This document shows, piece after piece, positions 42,701 through 56,212 of a DNA stretch of 64,000 nt; position 1 is the stretch's first letter; every line of letters begins with the position of its first letter. Where the stretch lies: positions 2,718,946-2,782,945 of the forward strand of contig CAJFCJ010000006.1 of the NCBI GenBank assembly GCA_904063045.1, written 5' to 3'. The translations under genes were made by a program, and so were the position numbers. Origin of the DNA: Dimorphilus gyrociliatus (lineage: Eukaryota; Animalia; Annelida). The notes under the pieces are model-generated. The model was not told the origin of the DNA, did not search any database, and saw only the letters and a list, made by a program, of their open reading frames with translations.

Positions 42701-44799
42701 TTCTTGATAGTCTCTTTATCGACATCCTTCTTCATGTTCAACAACTTCCACGAAGGTGGTCTATTAAATTCAGTAAGAATATTCCAGCGCTGTACAAAGA
42801 AAAAAAAAGACAAAGAAGGAAGGAGAATTATTTCACGGACGATTTTTGTTCTCTTATTAGAATAATTCTCAATTATAATTGTTAATCTACTTACCTTTTT
42901 ATGTGATTATCTTCTATTGATAAAGCGTCAAAAAAAAAAAATCAAAAGCGAAAAACAAAAAACATCAGGCGAAATAGGCTGTGATTTCTCCACAACTGTA
43001 AATTTCTTATATAATTTATACATATATATAGTCTTTTTTTTTCAATTTACAAAAAAAGGTCTATAATCTGTATATTCATATGAATATTGTTGAAAACGTC
43101 TATATTTTTGTGGTTTTACCCTAACCCTAACCCAAGTTCTATTCTCCAAAAAACTTTAGTCTAGTTTTTCAAATAAATGAAATGAATAGTGTTTTTTATT
43201 TTACTTATTTTAGCCCATCTCTATCTCAGAATATCTATAAAGAATGACGCTTTCAACAAGCTCCCTCCCCCATTAATTATATAAGTATGCATAGAAAATT
43301 ATTAATATATAAAGGTCTTGAACAATTAGACGTGACTTAATTAGTCTTTTGAATATTTGGTATAATGAAGCAAACCTGTTTATCAATATTTTCTCCAAAT
43401 TTCGCGCTCTTTTCTCTAAGAAGAGCTACAAGGGAACGATAACATTCCTCTTCTTTTTGAAATTCTTTATCCTTGTCATCAGATGGCCCCTGCAATTTAA
43501 TAACATTGATTAGAATAAAAGCCCTATAAGTTGAAAAACTTAATTAAATATGTATTCTATATGTAAGTATGTATTTTTTTACACCTTATTGACAAACCAT
43601 CCATCAGTATTAGCAGTGACGTAAAGAGTTTCATCAGAATCGTGTAGTTTACAACTTGTATAGCATAAATCGCCTTTTAATTGACCATGGAAGGGGGCTC
43701 TACAGCCATTAGCAAACTCATAGGTATAGGCTGATTAATTAGTAATATAGCACATTAGAAGAAGGGAGAGTTTACAGAATTTTAACATATAACTTTCACA
43801 TATACGTACGTTTCGTATAGGAGATCGCTAGGAGAGCGTGTTTTTCTTCATCTTTACCAGCAATCTTAGATAGTAGGTCTATTTCTCTATTTGCTTGGGA
43901 AGGTGAAAGACGAATTTCACTATAATATAACAAAAGTTACTATTTCTTAGAAGAGATCAAAGAAAAACAATTAAGCATACTGTGTCATTCCAACTAATGA
44001 ATCTTTCATTAGTTTATTATCAAATTCTATTATGGTCATAACCATTCTCATTATCATAAGCATCTCTGTTTCTTTTTCATTTTCTTCGTCTTGTTCACCT
44101 TCACCTTTTCCTTGACCTTTTAATTTATTTAAATATAAAGAAAATGATATAACTCTTATACAAAAAGTATTGTGTAACTAACCTTTGCTCTTAAGAATTT
44201 CTTCAACGTAACGAAGGGTGGAGTTATCTTCACTGTCGACCGTTGCGAATCTATCTCCACACATATTTGCCAAAGGATCAGAATTTCCTTTTTAATAGAA
44301 TTTGTTTAACATTTATCCGAATTTTCATATGATTATAACAAATGAATCCTTTTTAGGACTTACCTTCCAAACAAAATCTAGCTTCCTCCATTTTACAGTC
44401 TCCAGCTGAGGAGAAAAGCTGAATAAGGCTTTGTAGGCAATGAACGCTAACTTCATTCCCAGCTTTCTTGTAGGTTATCAAAGATTGTCCAGATTTGTGT
44501 TTGTCACCGGAAACGAACATGTCTCCTCTGGAATGTAAAGCAAAAGATAAGATTTGACAAATCCAATTTCAAGTTTTAACTTACTCAGCATTTAGATTGA
44601 GTTCGCTCGGTCTCAACTTGGTTTTCCAGACGAGAGCTTTCTTAAATAGCATTTGAGCTTCTTCTGGATTGTTTGATGCATAGTTTTCGGCAAAAGATAC
44701 TATGCTATTTAAAATAGTTTCATTTTTAGGTGAGAATTCTAGACGCTTCGATCCAGCAGCGGATGTCCACTGTGCTACTGTTGATAAAGTTTTACCCAT
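39797..44799 (-). CDS. ODAD2: Outer dynein arm docking complex subunit 2 (ARMC4), multi-exon
   Basis: [13 protein letters not shown]-terminus, [39 protein letters not shown], armadillo repeats and C-terminal [12 protein letters not shown]. Confidence 0.97.
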
Positions 44800-45235
44800 T
44801 TTCAAAGGGTACGATTTACAAAATTTTCCTGTTTTGTATATCAACCGAAACTAATGTTTACTCGGGTTGCTAATAGTATCGGCGCATGACAACAGCCGCC
44901 TATTCTAGGTAAAATATTCTGAACAATTTGAAAGTTCACAAATATGTGAAATGTATCCATCTAAAGTAGTTTAATCCGTGAATTAAACATTTTAGTTTTC
45001 TCTTGTAACGTACTTTTAATCTTAACTAAGTAATAACTAGAAATAAAATAATATTTAACTTAAATAAAAATCTTTGGCGAAAACTGGTTTAAATAAACTA
45101 CTCATTTAAGAAAATTTCAGTTATCATTTTCATGTAATGCAATAATTGTTAATTTTAGTAATATCTAACAATGATTTAATAATAATTACGTAAATGTCTA
45201 TGAATTTGTTCCCGCCTAAAAAGTTATGTCGTCGG

Positions 45236-47259
45236 ATGTAGTGGAAAAATCATCCAAATCAGTAGACACATTTGACTCTGCATGGCTTCAAGATTGTTTA
45301 CCTATTTATTATCGTAAATATTTTCCGTTCGGACCATTTTTCCGATGGCTAAACTATGGAGGTAACTGCTAAAATATCACGCTTTGAGCGATAATAGAGA
45401 TGTTTTCCAATAGGAATAAAAGGGTCTGGCTTCAATAAACGTGAATTTTCCTTCACCTTAATAGGAGATATTTACATACGATTTCAATCGTTTAAAGGTA
45501 ATTGGTTATGGAAACTTATAAAAAGTTAATATTTGCTGTTAATTTCTTTTATAGATGGACCAAGCCTAGAAAAAGAAATAATAGCTAAAAGTCCCATTAA
45601 AATAGATATTGGGGCTTTATATACTCATGACCCTAGAAATCGTCATACTATTCACCCAGCAGCTTCATTTAGACCAGTGCAAAGAGAATTGGTCTTCGAC
45701 ATAGATATGACAGACTATGATGAAGTACGATATTGCTGTCAAGGAGCTCAAGTGTGTGAAAATTGTTGGATATTGATGGATATTGCCGTGAAAATAATAC
45801 AAAAAGCTTTAGCTGATGATTTTGGATACGAACATATTTTATGGGTTTTTAGCGGCAGAAGAGGAATACACGCCTGGGTTTGCGACGAAAGTGCAAGGAC
45901 TCTTACCGCGTCGCAAAGAAGCGCTGTTGCTGAATATCTTGTTCTATTGAAAGGAGGAACAGACGTTGGTAGAAGAGTTAATTTAAACGATAATCGAATT
46001 CACTCATCGGTGAGAAGAGCAATTAATATAATTGATGAACATTTCTTCAAATATCTATCAAAACACGATATATTCGGTTAGTATTCATTTTTCTTTCTTT
46101 GCCTTCTTTTTTTACCTTATTTTAGTTTGTCAAATTGACAAAATTTAGAAATACGTGCTTCACTTGTTACACTAATTTTACTCCACCAGTGAAGTTTTAT
46201 TTGTCTAACTGTTGTGACAGTGAAATCTAACATATTCAGACATTGATGGTAGTAAAAATAGACAGATCTATCAAAAGGTTGTTGCACTGTTTATTATAAT
46301 GCACACAAAAACGCAAATACTATATACTATTTTACTCTAAGTGCGTGTAAATTACATTAAATTCGTATAATGTCCTAAATCTAAATCACCTAGTACCTAC
46401 ATTTTATAAATTTTATAGTTTATTATAAATAAAACTTTCAAAAAAGCGAAAAAACAAAAATTGTATAAAAGTTCAATATATTGAAGTTTTTTTTATAAAA
46501 AAAATTAGTTTAAATAAGAAAGGAATAGAGTTACTAATCCTCAAATCAATGGAAAATATAGAATTTTTATTATGAACTCTTAAATATCTGTATACTATTA
46601 ATGATAATATGTTTTTATGCTTGTTTTTATCACTTTTAGTACTAAAATTAATGTTAGACATGTCTTTAAAACAGGTAACGAGGAAAGAGTACAGAAATTC
46701 CTTAAGTTAATACCGGATATAATTAGGGATGAAGTGGAAAAGTCAATAGCTGACCTTGAGACAGCGAAAGATAAATGGCGTGCTTTCCAAGCTACTGTGA
46801 AAACATTCTGCCGCAAAAATTCACAAAAATCTTGGCAAATCAGTATGTTAGCTGAGGAAATACAACTACATTTTTGCTATCCTAGAATTGATATTGCCGT
46901 TTCGAAAGGGCTTAACCATCTGTTGAAAGCACCTTTTTGTGTTCATCCCAAAACTGGCAAAATATGTGTACCATTCACAGCAGATAATATGATTGACCCT
47001 AATAATGTTCCTACTTTAAACTCGTTAATTGAAGAACTAGATAATGTCCCTGCTTCAAAGAAACCCTATAGGCATTCTAGTATGAAAGATAGCATTAATG
47101 TTTTTGATGAATTTTTGAAAAAGCTGGAAAGGTAGGTGCTTTATACAACTATCTATATATATATGTAGAGCATAAACGCAGGTTAATTGTTTCATATATT
47201 TGTTAAATAGGTCAAGAACTGGAAGAGATATGGAGAATTTGTCGCTAGACGACTGGTAA
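45236..47259 (+). CDS. PRIM1: DNA primase small (catalytic) subunit, 5 exons
   Basis: REFSFTL.GDIYIRFQSF, KIDIGALY, RELVFDIDMTDYDEVRYCC, WVFSGRRGIHAWVCD and YPRIDIAVSKGLNHLLKAPFCVHPKTG. Confidence 0.97.
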
Positions 47260-47307
47260 CTAGAAAAAAACAAGCAAACAATGAATTTGTGTTTTATTTC
47301 TTTCTGT

Positions 47308-47313
<6 letters not shown>

Positions 47314-47341
<28 letters not shown>
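47314..47341. repeat. (CT)n microsatellite
   Basis: About 14 CT units just 3' of PRIM1. Confidence 0.9.
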
Positions 47342-47348
<7 letters not shown>

Positions 47349-47524
47349 ACTCTCTCACTATATGTCTCTTATTCTTTCACTGGCTTTCCTATATTTTAAT
47401 AATAAAATATATGTGTATATGTTTAATTAAATATTTAAAATATTTTTTGTTTAAAGTGAGAAATTTAACTTGTTAAGCCTACTTTCGGTAGAAGGGGGCG
47501 CCCTTATCAATTGACATAATCACA

Positions 47525-47537
47525 GTTGCTTAGCAAC
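47525..47537. promoter_or_regulatory. RFX X-box upstream of the lebercilin-like gene
   Basis: GTTGCTTAGCAAC, a near-perfect palindromic X-box about 190 nt before the ATG. Confidence 0.75.
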
Positions 47538-47729
47538 AAGACGCTCTCGTCAATTCGCGCATTCCTTGCCTCGAATCGACTTATTTGCAATAGGTGACAT
47601 TGATTTTGTGTTCTAATTCGCTATTATCAACGGATAATCGTTCAAGATTGTTTAAGTAAAAGGAATACAGTATACTAATGTAAAAAAAATTTTGGGGGTT
47701 AACGTATAACCTCTCGAAAATAAACAATT

Positions 47730-50700
47730 ATGCCAAGAAGTCTTAGTCAAGATAGTCGAGGATCATACGATTCGGATAAATATTCAAACTATACAGATTC
47801 TTTTGATTCCGATGACGGAAGAAGTACAAGAAATACAAAAAATGAAAATTCAAGTAAGATTTGAATTTTTTTTATAAAAGGAAATAATAAATTGAACTAC
47901 AAAAAAAAAGTAATAATAAGAAGCAACTTTTCGTTGGGTTTTCTTTATTAGTTTTTTTTAAGAATTGTACCTGAAAATGGTAATAATTTTATAATGTAAA
48001 ATATATACCTACTTCCTGTAAATAATAATAAATACGGTTTATAGATATTGGAAAAGAGATTAATAATGAAAGTTAATGATAAAATAACGTAGCTAATTTG
48101 CTATCACCTCCACATAATCGAAATGTATTTGTATAGGCGTCATTTATTTTAATACATTAGAATAGAGACTTTCTTTTTACAAGTATTTTAGTCCTTTATG
48201 GATAAAATATCATTATTCTTATTACTATAAAAATATTTTATTATGGTAGATAATTCCATTAAGGTAATCCCATTTTTTGTTAAATATTCATAGATATATT
48301 TATATATATTAATTTGAATAGCAAAGCCTTCTCCTCTGTGATAATGAAGTTGTTTTCTTATGTCTTTTACAAACTATACAAACATTTATATTAAATAATT
48401 ACAAATATGGTCTTATGATTATAACTCTTTCATCGATAATATTGACCTCCTTTAACGAATAAAATATATTGTTTCTTTGTTCTAACACTTAATTTTGGCC
48501 TATGAAAATGGAAAATTATATGGATCTAGTAATAATCTTTTTGTTACAAACTATACAAACTAATAGAGCTTTTTTATGTGTATATTGTTTTCAAAAACAA
48601 AGTCTTTAACAAGTTTTTTTGATACGTTAACACCTTAGCAAACAATATATTTCATTCATCTTGATTGATAAGTTAAGCAATGATAATGGTTTAATTCATT
48701 GTTTTATTAGTTGGTTTATCTTGAAGAATTTAATTTTTATTCTTTTTTTAGATCGGCAAAAAGCAATTAGAAAGACTTATGGTTCAAAAGCTAGAAAACC
48801 TCCTTCGTCGCAAACTCCTCGTTCGGATTACGTAACGAGTAGAATGAAATCGGCTAGGCGTAATAAAGCTAATGAATATCGTAATCAAATTGCTCAACTT
48901 CAAAGTCAAATTGATGAATTTAAGTTAGAACAAAAAATTTTAAGGAAACAAGGTAGACTTCAGGAAAGAGCACTGCAGAAATTTGAAGATAGTGAAAGTG
49001 AACTTCCAGCATTATTACAAAGACACGCGGCCGAGGTAAAAAATTTAAGGGATCAAATTAAGAAGCAAAGAGACAAAAATCAAGATTTAGCTAGGAAACT
49101 GAAGGACAATGACTTAGAAATTGATAAATTAAAGAGGCAACTAAAAAAATATAAAAGATTGGTAGAAGAGAAACATTTGGATGAGAGGGAGGCTTTGCAA
49201 CAAAAATACGAAAGGGCTGAACAAAGAGCCGAAGACGCAGAACAAAGGGTTCAAGTATGTTTATTTTTTTCTACAGTCTTAGATACTGCACGCAATTAAC
49301 AGTCAATATTTTGAAAATTGATTTTTTTTTGTTCAATTCCAATTCATTCATTCATTCATTTATGCATTCTCTTTTGATTTAGAATGTGGAACGATACCTT
49401 CAAAGTTCAAAGAATAATCATACACATGAAATTAAGTCGCAAAAAATCAAGCAGAGTCAGCTGGTCAAAAAGATAAATGAAATGGAAGAAGAAAGAGACA
49501 GGCTAATACTTCAGATAAGGGTAATAAATTAGGCCATTTTTCCTCTCGGAAGATGGCGTTCCTATATAATCACGTCAACTTTCTAAACTGTATTACTGTT
49601 TTTCCCTTTTATATTAAATTATTTGGAGTTGAAGATTTTTGCTTTAATCTTCATCTCTCTTTAATCTGTATACCTTCCAAAGAAGAGAGAGAGAGAGATG
49701 GATAGATAGACAGATAGATAGAGAGAAAATCTACAAGTGTTTTTGTCAGTGAAGTTTGCATGTTCTTTGTAACTTTTTAACTATTCGATTGTTTTAATCA
49801 AAGTTCAGAGCAAAGAAAAGCTTACTATTTGAAATTATTTTAAGTAATTCCATGAAAAAACGTCTCATATTTCACTTTATTATCAACAGGAAAAGGAAAA
49901 AGAGTTGGACATCAAAAACATTTATAGTCAACGAATAATTAGAGCTCCTCATAAATTACCATCAACTGCATCCTCTTTCGGCTCTGGTCATAACGCTAGT
50001 AATCTTTCGAGAAAACCTAATACAACAGGAAGTGATCCTGGTCCAACGCCTAGAGAACGTATGCTTGGATACGATAAAAGATTAAGGGATGAGCAAAAAG
50101 TTAAAAAACAGGTTAGTACTCGTTGATAAACAACACAAACAAAATAGGAAAGAAAAAAAAAGCAAAGATTATTCTTTTAGAAGGTTAATCTATGAGAATT
50201 ACGATAAATCCCAATTTGTTTTGTTCTTTAAAATAGTAATAATAATTCCCTTACTAAACAAAATCACGAAAACAAAACAAAAAATCAGACTAGTTTTTGA
50301 TTATTGCACAATTGTTACTAAATCTAATCTTATTTCTAATTTTATGTAAATTAGCCAAACGAGGACGAATCAACTTTTGTACCAGTAAGTTCATAAGATA
50401 ATATATATTTGTTAATGTATATAGATTTACTTTTTTTTATTTTCTTTATTCCTTTCTCTATTCATTCAAAAAATGGATGATGCATGTTGGAAAATGAATA
50501 GAATGAGAGAAATCAAGAAAATATGATTAATAAGTTTTTAATATACTTTTTTTTTAGAAAAAAAAAGTAGTAAAGTAATAATAAAAGATAACGAAAGGTT
50601 ATTTATAAAGCACAGTCTTTTTTTGTGTACTTTTGCAAAAGACACTGGTTTTTTTCCATTTCAAGAGTTTTTTTTTTTTTTAAAAAAAGCAAAAATATGA

Positions 50701-50761
50701 AAAAACCACCCATCTTCCTATCAAAAAATATATTATTAATATATATATATATATACATATA

Positions 50762-50816
<55 letters not shown>

Positions 50817-53800
50817 ATAGGAAAGGAGAAAAACATTTGTATTAGAGAGTCAGGAGACGAATATATCTAATTTCGATTCGGCGCCTGTATTTGGCGTTCA
50901 TCCAGAGGTAATAGGTTAAGGATATGATCAAATCACTGCTAGGCTTTAGGGATGTAGGGGATATTTTTGAGGTCACATGATTTTGCTTTTTCGTTACTGA
51001 TTCACTTTGATTTTTCTTTGCTGCTTATATCAAATACGACAGAAAGAAAGAATAGAAATTGCTAGGAAAGAGAGAGAACACCTATTGAATGACAATAAGT
51101 CAAAAGATGATGAAGAAAAACTTTTCATGAAAGAATTTAATGGACAGATAGTATTTCGTTCCTTAAGAGTCAATGAGAGTCCAACCCATAATCTATTAAT
51201 AGAAAATCACTTAAATAAAGAAAGTGAAGAAGAAAAACAAGTAGACACTTTTCGTAATATAAATAATAAAGGATATAAAACGGAGGAGGAAAGAAAAAGT
51301 AATGAAATTAATAACAAACAGATAGAAGAGAATTATTTAATCATCCACCATGACATTGATCATGAACTAGATAAAACAGAAAACAATTTCAATAAAGATA
51401 AGAATATTGATAAAGAATTAATTGGGATATTAGAGAATGAGGTAAATAGGATAGAAAAAGAGCAGGATAAAGGGGAACGAATATACAGATGTGATAATAA
51501 ACAGAGTAATTTGTCTAGAATCCAATCTACAACGCAGTTTAAAAGAAGGCCTGAAGAAAAGAAGGTTGTCTCCTTTTTGACAACAACACCAGTGAGAGTT
51601 AAAAAAATTGCCAGAAACAGGCCTACAATAGAAAAGTCAATGACCGCCAAGAGACAAACCGATGTATATTGCCAAGGTCGCTTAAACATTATTGACGAAG
51701 TACCAGAATTGTATGAGGAAAATAATTCCCTAATAGTGTCTTTACCTTTTAAAAGTAACGAAGTAAGAAATGAGAAAGTAATTGAGAAGAATAGCAAGAG
51801 CTATTCACAGTTATTACAATTATACGATACAAAAGCAGCTGGTTTCCCTCTTACACCAGGAAGCGACGAATCTAGTATCATGTGTCAGGTAGTTTTACGG
51901 TAGATGCGAACTAAATAAAAAACGATATGATATAAATTCTACACTTATCCTCCCCCTCCTCCTCCTCCTTTTTATCATCTATTTATTCATATTTTTTTAT
52001 TTTTTACTTATTTTGTTTTTTTAAACAAACAAAAAACTTAACGTTCATCTCCCAATGAAACAAATAATAAAAAACAATTAACACTAGCTTCTTCTGACGG
52101 TTTTGTTTTGGTTTTTTATTCTATTAACTATGAAAAAAAAAAACAATAGAAAGAAACAAATAACAAACTTTACGCTTTAATTAAAAACCAATAAGAGAGA
52201 GAGAGAGAGAAAGAGATAAAAACTATAATCATTCTTTAATTGTCGTTGTTGTTTTTTTGAGCGATTTGCACAATTTTTCACAATTTTTTAATATTTTGAT
52301 TGCTTAGATTCTTCAATATTTATTTATTTATTATCATCTTATAGAATATTCCATGAATTTGAGTTGAAAAATCTATAGTTTTTTCTTATTATTGACAGGG
52401 AAGATAGAGAAAAATTGAGAGATTTCTTTAGTCCTCTCTTCTTCTTTGCAGATATATTTTGATGTGTAAAAAAAAAATACTTAAAGACAACTTTAATTGA
52501 TTGGAAAGAGGGTTTTGTAATAATTATTATAAGCATATGTAAACCTCTTTTACCCTTTTTCTTAGAAAATACCCTATTTATTTCTTACTAGTTTATTATA
52601 TTTGTTACATAAAAGAGAAATTTACATGCGATGAAAGGATGAAAAGGCTGGTTTTTGCCTGTTCTTAATTTCGTCATCCTCAAAATAAAAATAACTAGCC
52701 AGTTATTATACAAAGGTTTTATTGTAAAATAAACATCTTTTCTATGTAGAATTTCAATAACTATTTATCTAGTATTGTTAGTTTGCACTTTCAATAGACG
52801 CTGCAAAGGAAATTCCCATTATTTCTTTTTATTATCAATAGTAACGTCTTATGTAATTAGTTATCAGGTTTCTCTGTTTGAAATAGACTTTAAACCCACT
52901 TTCACGGAATATTCTAGATGAATTAGTGCTCTTGTTGAAATATCATACTTAATTTGCTTACTCTTTAGGAGCTTGAAAGGGAGCGGAAGGCTGAAGAGAA
53001 GAGACGACAAAGGGCTGAATGGGAAAATCAGGAAAGGACTAGACGGGAAGAAGAGGAGCGATATCATAAGCAGTTAGAAGAGAGAAGACGACTTGAAGAC
53101 GAAGAAGAAGATAGAAGAGCGGAAGAGAGGAGAAGGCGAGAAGAGGAGGAGAGAAAAAAGCGAGAGCTGGAGGAAGCTGGCTACAGGGAGAAATTAGAGA
53201 AGGAAAAACTAGAGAGAGAGGAGAGAGAGCGGAAGCAGAGAGAGGAGGAAGAGAGATTGAAGGAAATTGAAAAACAAAGAAAGGCCAAAGAAGAAGAGGA
53301 GAGACAGCGGAGAGAAGATGAAGAGAGGGCGAAAGAAGCGGCAGCCGTGAGGGAAAAGAAGCATCAGCTTGATCTATTAAAGAAAAAGCTGGCAGATATA
53401 GACGCTCAAAAGGAAAAAGACGAGCCTGTAGAAGATCCTATCTTTTCACCTGGTAGACATAGAAAAGACTACACCTTTACTAAAGTAGTGGAAAACATGC
53501 ACAATGGCCTTCCCTCTCATGAACCGGAGGTTTTACCAAAAAGACTGTCTCGTGACAGACTTTTCAGCGACGATGATATCGGCTACAACCCGTCTGCACC
53601 ATCTGCTCAGAAAACTGTTAAAAAGAATTTGTTGACCGATCTTTTTGGCGATTCCAAAATGGGCAACGATGATAAATCGAATGATATATTCAATCCAAAA
53701 CCTCCAACTAAAGTTGTATCTGGAAGACGGAGTGGCGGATCTGGTAAATTAAATAGGCCTAGGCAGCAAGCTCAGACAATTACTAGTAAACCAGCAATAA

Positions 53801-53847
53801 AAGCAGTAGATGATATCGACGACGATATTGAAGAATTGGTGCTTTAG
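47730..53847 (+). CDS. LCA5: Lebercilin (LCA5)-like ciliary coiled-coil protein, multi-exon
   Basis: VTSRMKSARRNK, QERALQKFEDSESELPALLQRHAAEVKNLR, EKEKELDIKNIYSQR, LLTDLFG and C-terminal DDDIEELVL. Inclusion of some internal exons is uncertain. Confidence 0.85.
50739..50812. repeat. Interrupted (AT)n microsatellite in an LCA5 intron
   Basis: Long TA run at 50765-50812 plus an adjacent AT run. Confidence 0.9.
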
Positions 53848-54680
53848 AGATTTTTTTTTTTAGATAATTGTTCACATTTAAAAACAAAATAATAATAATA
53901 ATAATAATACAAAAACAACAAACAACATTTTAAATATATTAAATGTTCCTTTAAACGATGAAGAAGAGAGGTGAGAGATAAATTGAAGAAACATAATCTA
54001 TACAAAATTGATTTTATTTTAAAACTATAGAAAAGATATAAAAAGAATAGTTATAAAAAAATACGGTTTAAAATTGGTTCTATCGTCATCTTTATATAGA
54101 AAAACTATTCGGTCATAATATTTAGTTTCATTCTTTTTATCATTTAGGAACTCTTTTTTTTCTTTAAAAAAAAAATAAAAACCAAAAATTCTTAGTATTT
54201 CTTTTTATTGTAGTGAAAGGAGCTTTTCTTTATTTAAGAATATTATACAAATATATATATATATATATATATATAAATAGCGGATGAATAGTTTTAGTAT
54301 ATAACTTATTGTAAATTGTAAAGGAGATTTAGAGGTTATAACTTTATCAAGTACCTATTGGGTGGATGTTTATATACAGCATGTGTGAAATTTTCAAAAC
54401 GAAAGTCACTATTTAACTTATTATTTAATATATAGGTCAGAGAGAAGAAAAGAACAAAGTCCCTGGCCTATTCAAAGGTTTTTACTAGCTTGGGCACACC
54501 TTAAATATTCCTATTGTTCGATATTTTAACTTTACTTCCGGTTTTATGATTTTATTCCCACCCTGTGCGCGGCGAACGATGGCATATTGATTATCTCTTT
54601 TTACTAAGTCACCTTGGTATATTAGTCTTAAAATTAGTTCGTAATCGAAATATAATAAAGAAAAACATAGAACAAATTCT

Positions 54681-54760
54681 TCTCTCTTCGCTCTCTTTTC
54701 TCTCTCTCTTTCTCACTCCTCTCTCTCTCTCTCACACTCTCTCTCATTCTCTCCCTCTCA
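54681..54760. repeat. Degenerate (CT)n-rich tract
   Basis: Pyrimidine-rich imperfect CT repeats upstream of the SLC20 gene. Confidence 0.8.
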
Positions 54761-54945
54761 CGTGCTCAGGCAACCGCTTGCAAAAATAGAACAACCGGAT
54801 ATATCATTTATAGGCCAACAAAACAAAGAAATATTAAAGTAACAACGCATTTTTATTTAAATTAATATAAACGGCATAAAATGAAACGTAGAAAGTAATG
54901 TTCTATTGATAATGTATACAGATGACAACATTTACAAAAATGATT

Positions 54946-54948
<3 letters not shown>

Positions 54949-54986
<38 letters not shown>
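54949..54986. repeat. (AT)n microsatellite
   Basis: About 19 AT units. Confidence 0.9.
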
Positions 54987-54990
<4 letters not shown>

Positions 54991-56212
54991 TCTTTCTTGA
55001 AATAAAAAGAAACACCGACAATACTGGAAAATGTTAAAGATAATTAGGGAATAAAGATTAAGATGTTCCAAAATTTAAATATTCTACGTTTTCTCTTATC
55101 AATTTAATCTTCCTTTTTGTCCTGATTTAGTTTCTTGTCTCTTTTTTTTCCCTTTTATATGGGTAAAATGCCTAATCAACGTATGAATGTATGAATGGAT
55201 TTTTATATGAATTAGAAAAATAGGTGTACTAGGCCTAAGGAGATTATTCAATTTCAATGAAAGAGTTTAATAAACTCTACTGAGGTAGGAAAAAAAGAAA
55301 AAAAAACGCTGTCAAATTGAGAATAAATATGATAAATATTTTTCTTTTCATTGTATTTACAAGATATCTATGCCATAGAACTAAAAGTCATTTACATTTG
55401 GCGCCAGTATTATTTGTATTAAAAAAAAGAAGGTTTAGGGAAGAAAATGGTTGCTACAGAATATGAATTGCGGGCGCCATTTTTTTTTAGCACATTGCGT
55501 CTGCAATAGTGGCACTCTAGTCCAGACGACCGTTCATTGAATATCATGTCTGCAATTGAAAGCTGCCGTTGCGCTTTATAGGAAATTTTAAGGTATTTAT
55601 AGTATTTTATATCTATCGATTACTATTCGTAGTACATCAGAAAGTTTATCTAACCAATTGCGTATTGAGAAATTATTTTGGAGGTTAATCGACTACGTTA
55701 CGGCCTTCCTATACCCTTAGCCGAATTTAGGTTCAAAAAAAAGGAATTTCATGTTCAATCAAGGTCGAAGCTATTCTAAGACTATCTTTTAGCTGTCTAA
55801 ACCTTTTAGGGCTGTTGTTTGTCACATTAAGATGCGCCGATTGATTATATAATTGTATAGTTTTTGTCCACGTGGTTTGGCATAAGTGAAGAAATCTCTG
55901 GCTCGGCGGTGATTGGTCGATATAATATATATAACGAAGGCGCGCTTTCCATAGAATTATTTTTGAATAGACTTCAATTTCACATTTTCAGTGTTAAATC
56001 GCCGACTCAGTTAAACCAAAGATAAAAAATTAACTATGAAAACTTTCTGAAGTAACAATAGAATTCCTTTTTATCTAAGAATTTATTGGTTTGTATATAT
56101 ATTTATCTATTACTTATTGTTTGTTTATTTTTCAATGAACTCGAATTTATCAGAAAAAAAGACAAGCAGCTGACAAACACATAATCTTTATCGTTTCTTC
56201 ATACTTCAAAAG

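Noticed and set aside
43118-43133. Telomere-like (CCCTAA) repeat in an ODAD2 intron
   Set aside because: Only about 2.5 units; too short to call an interstitial telomere.
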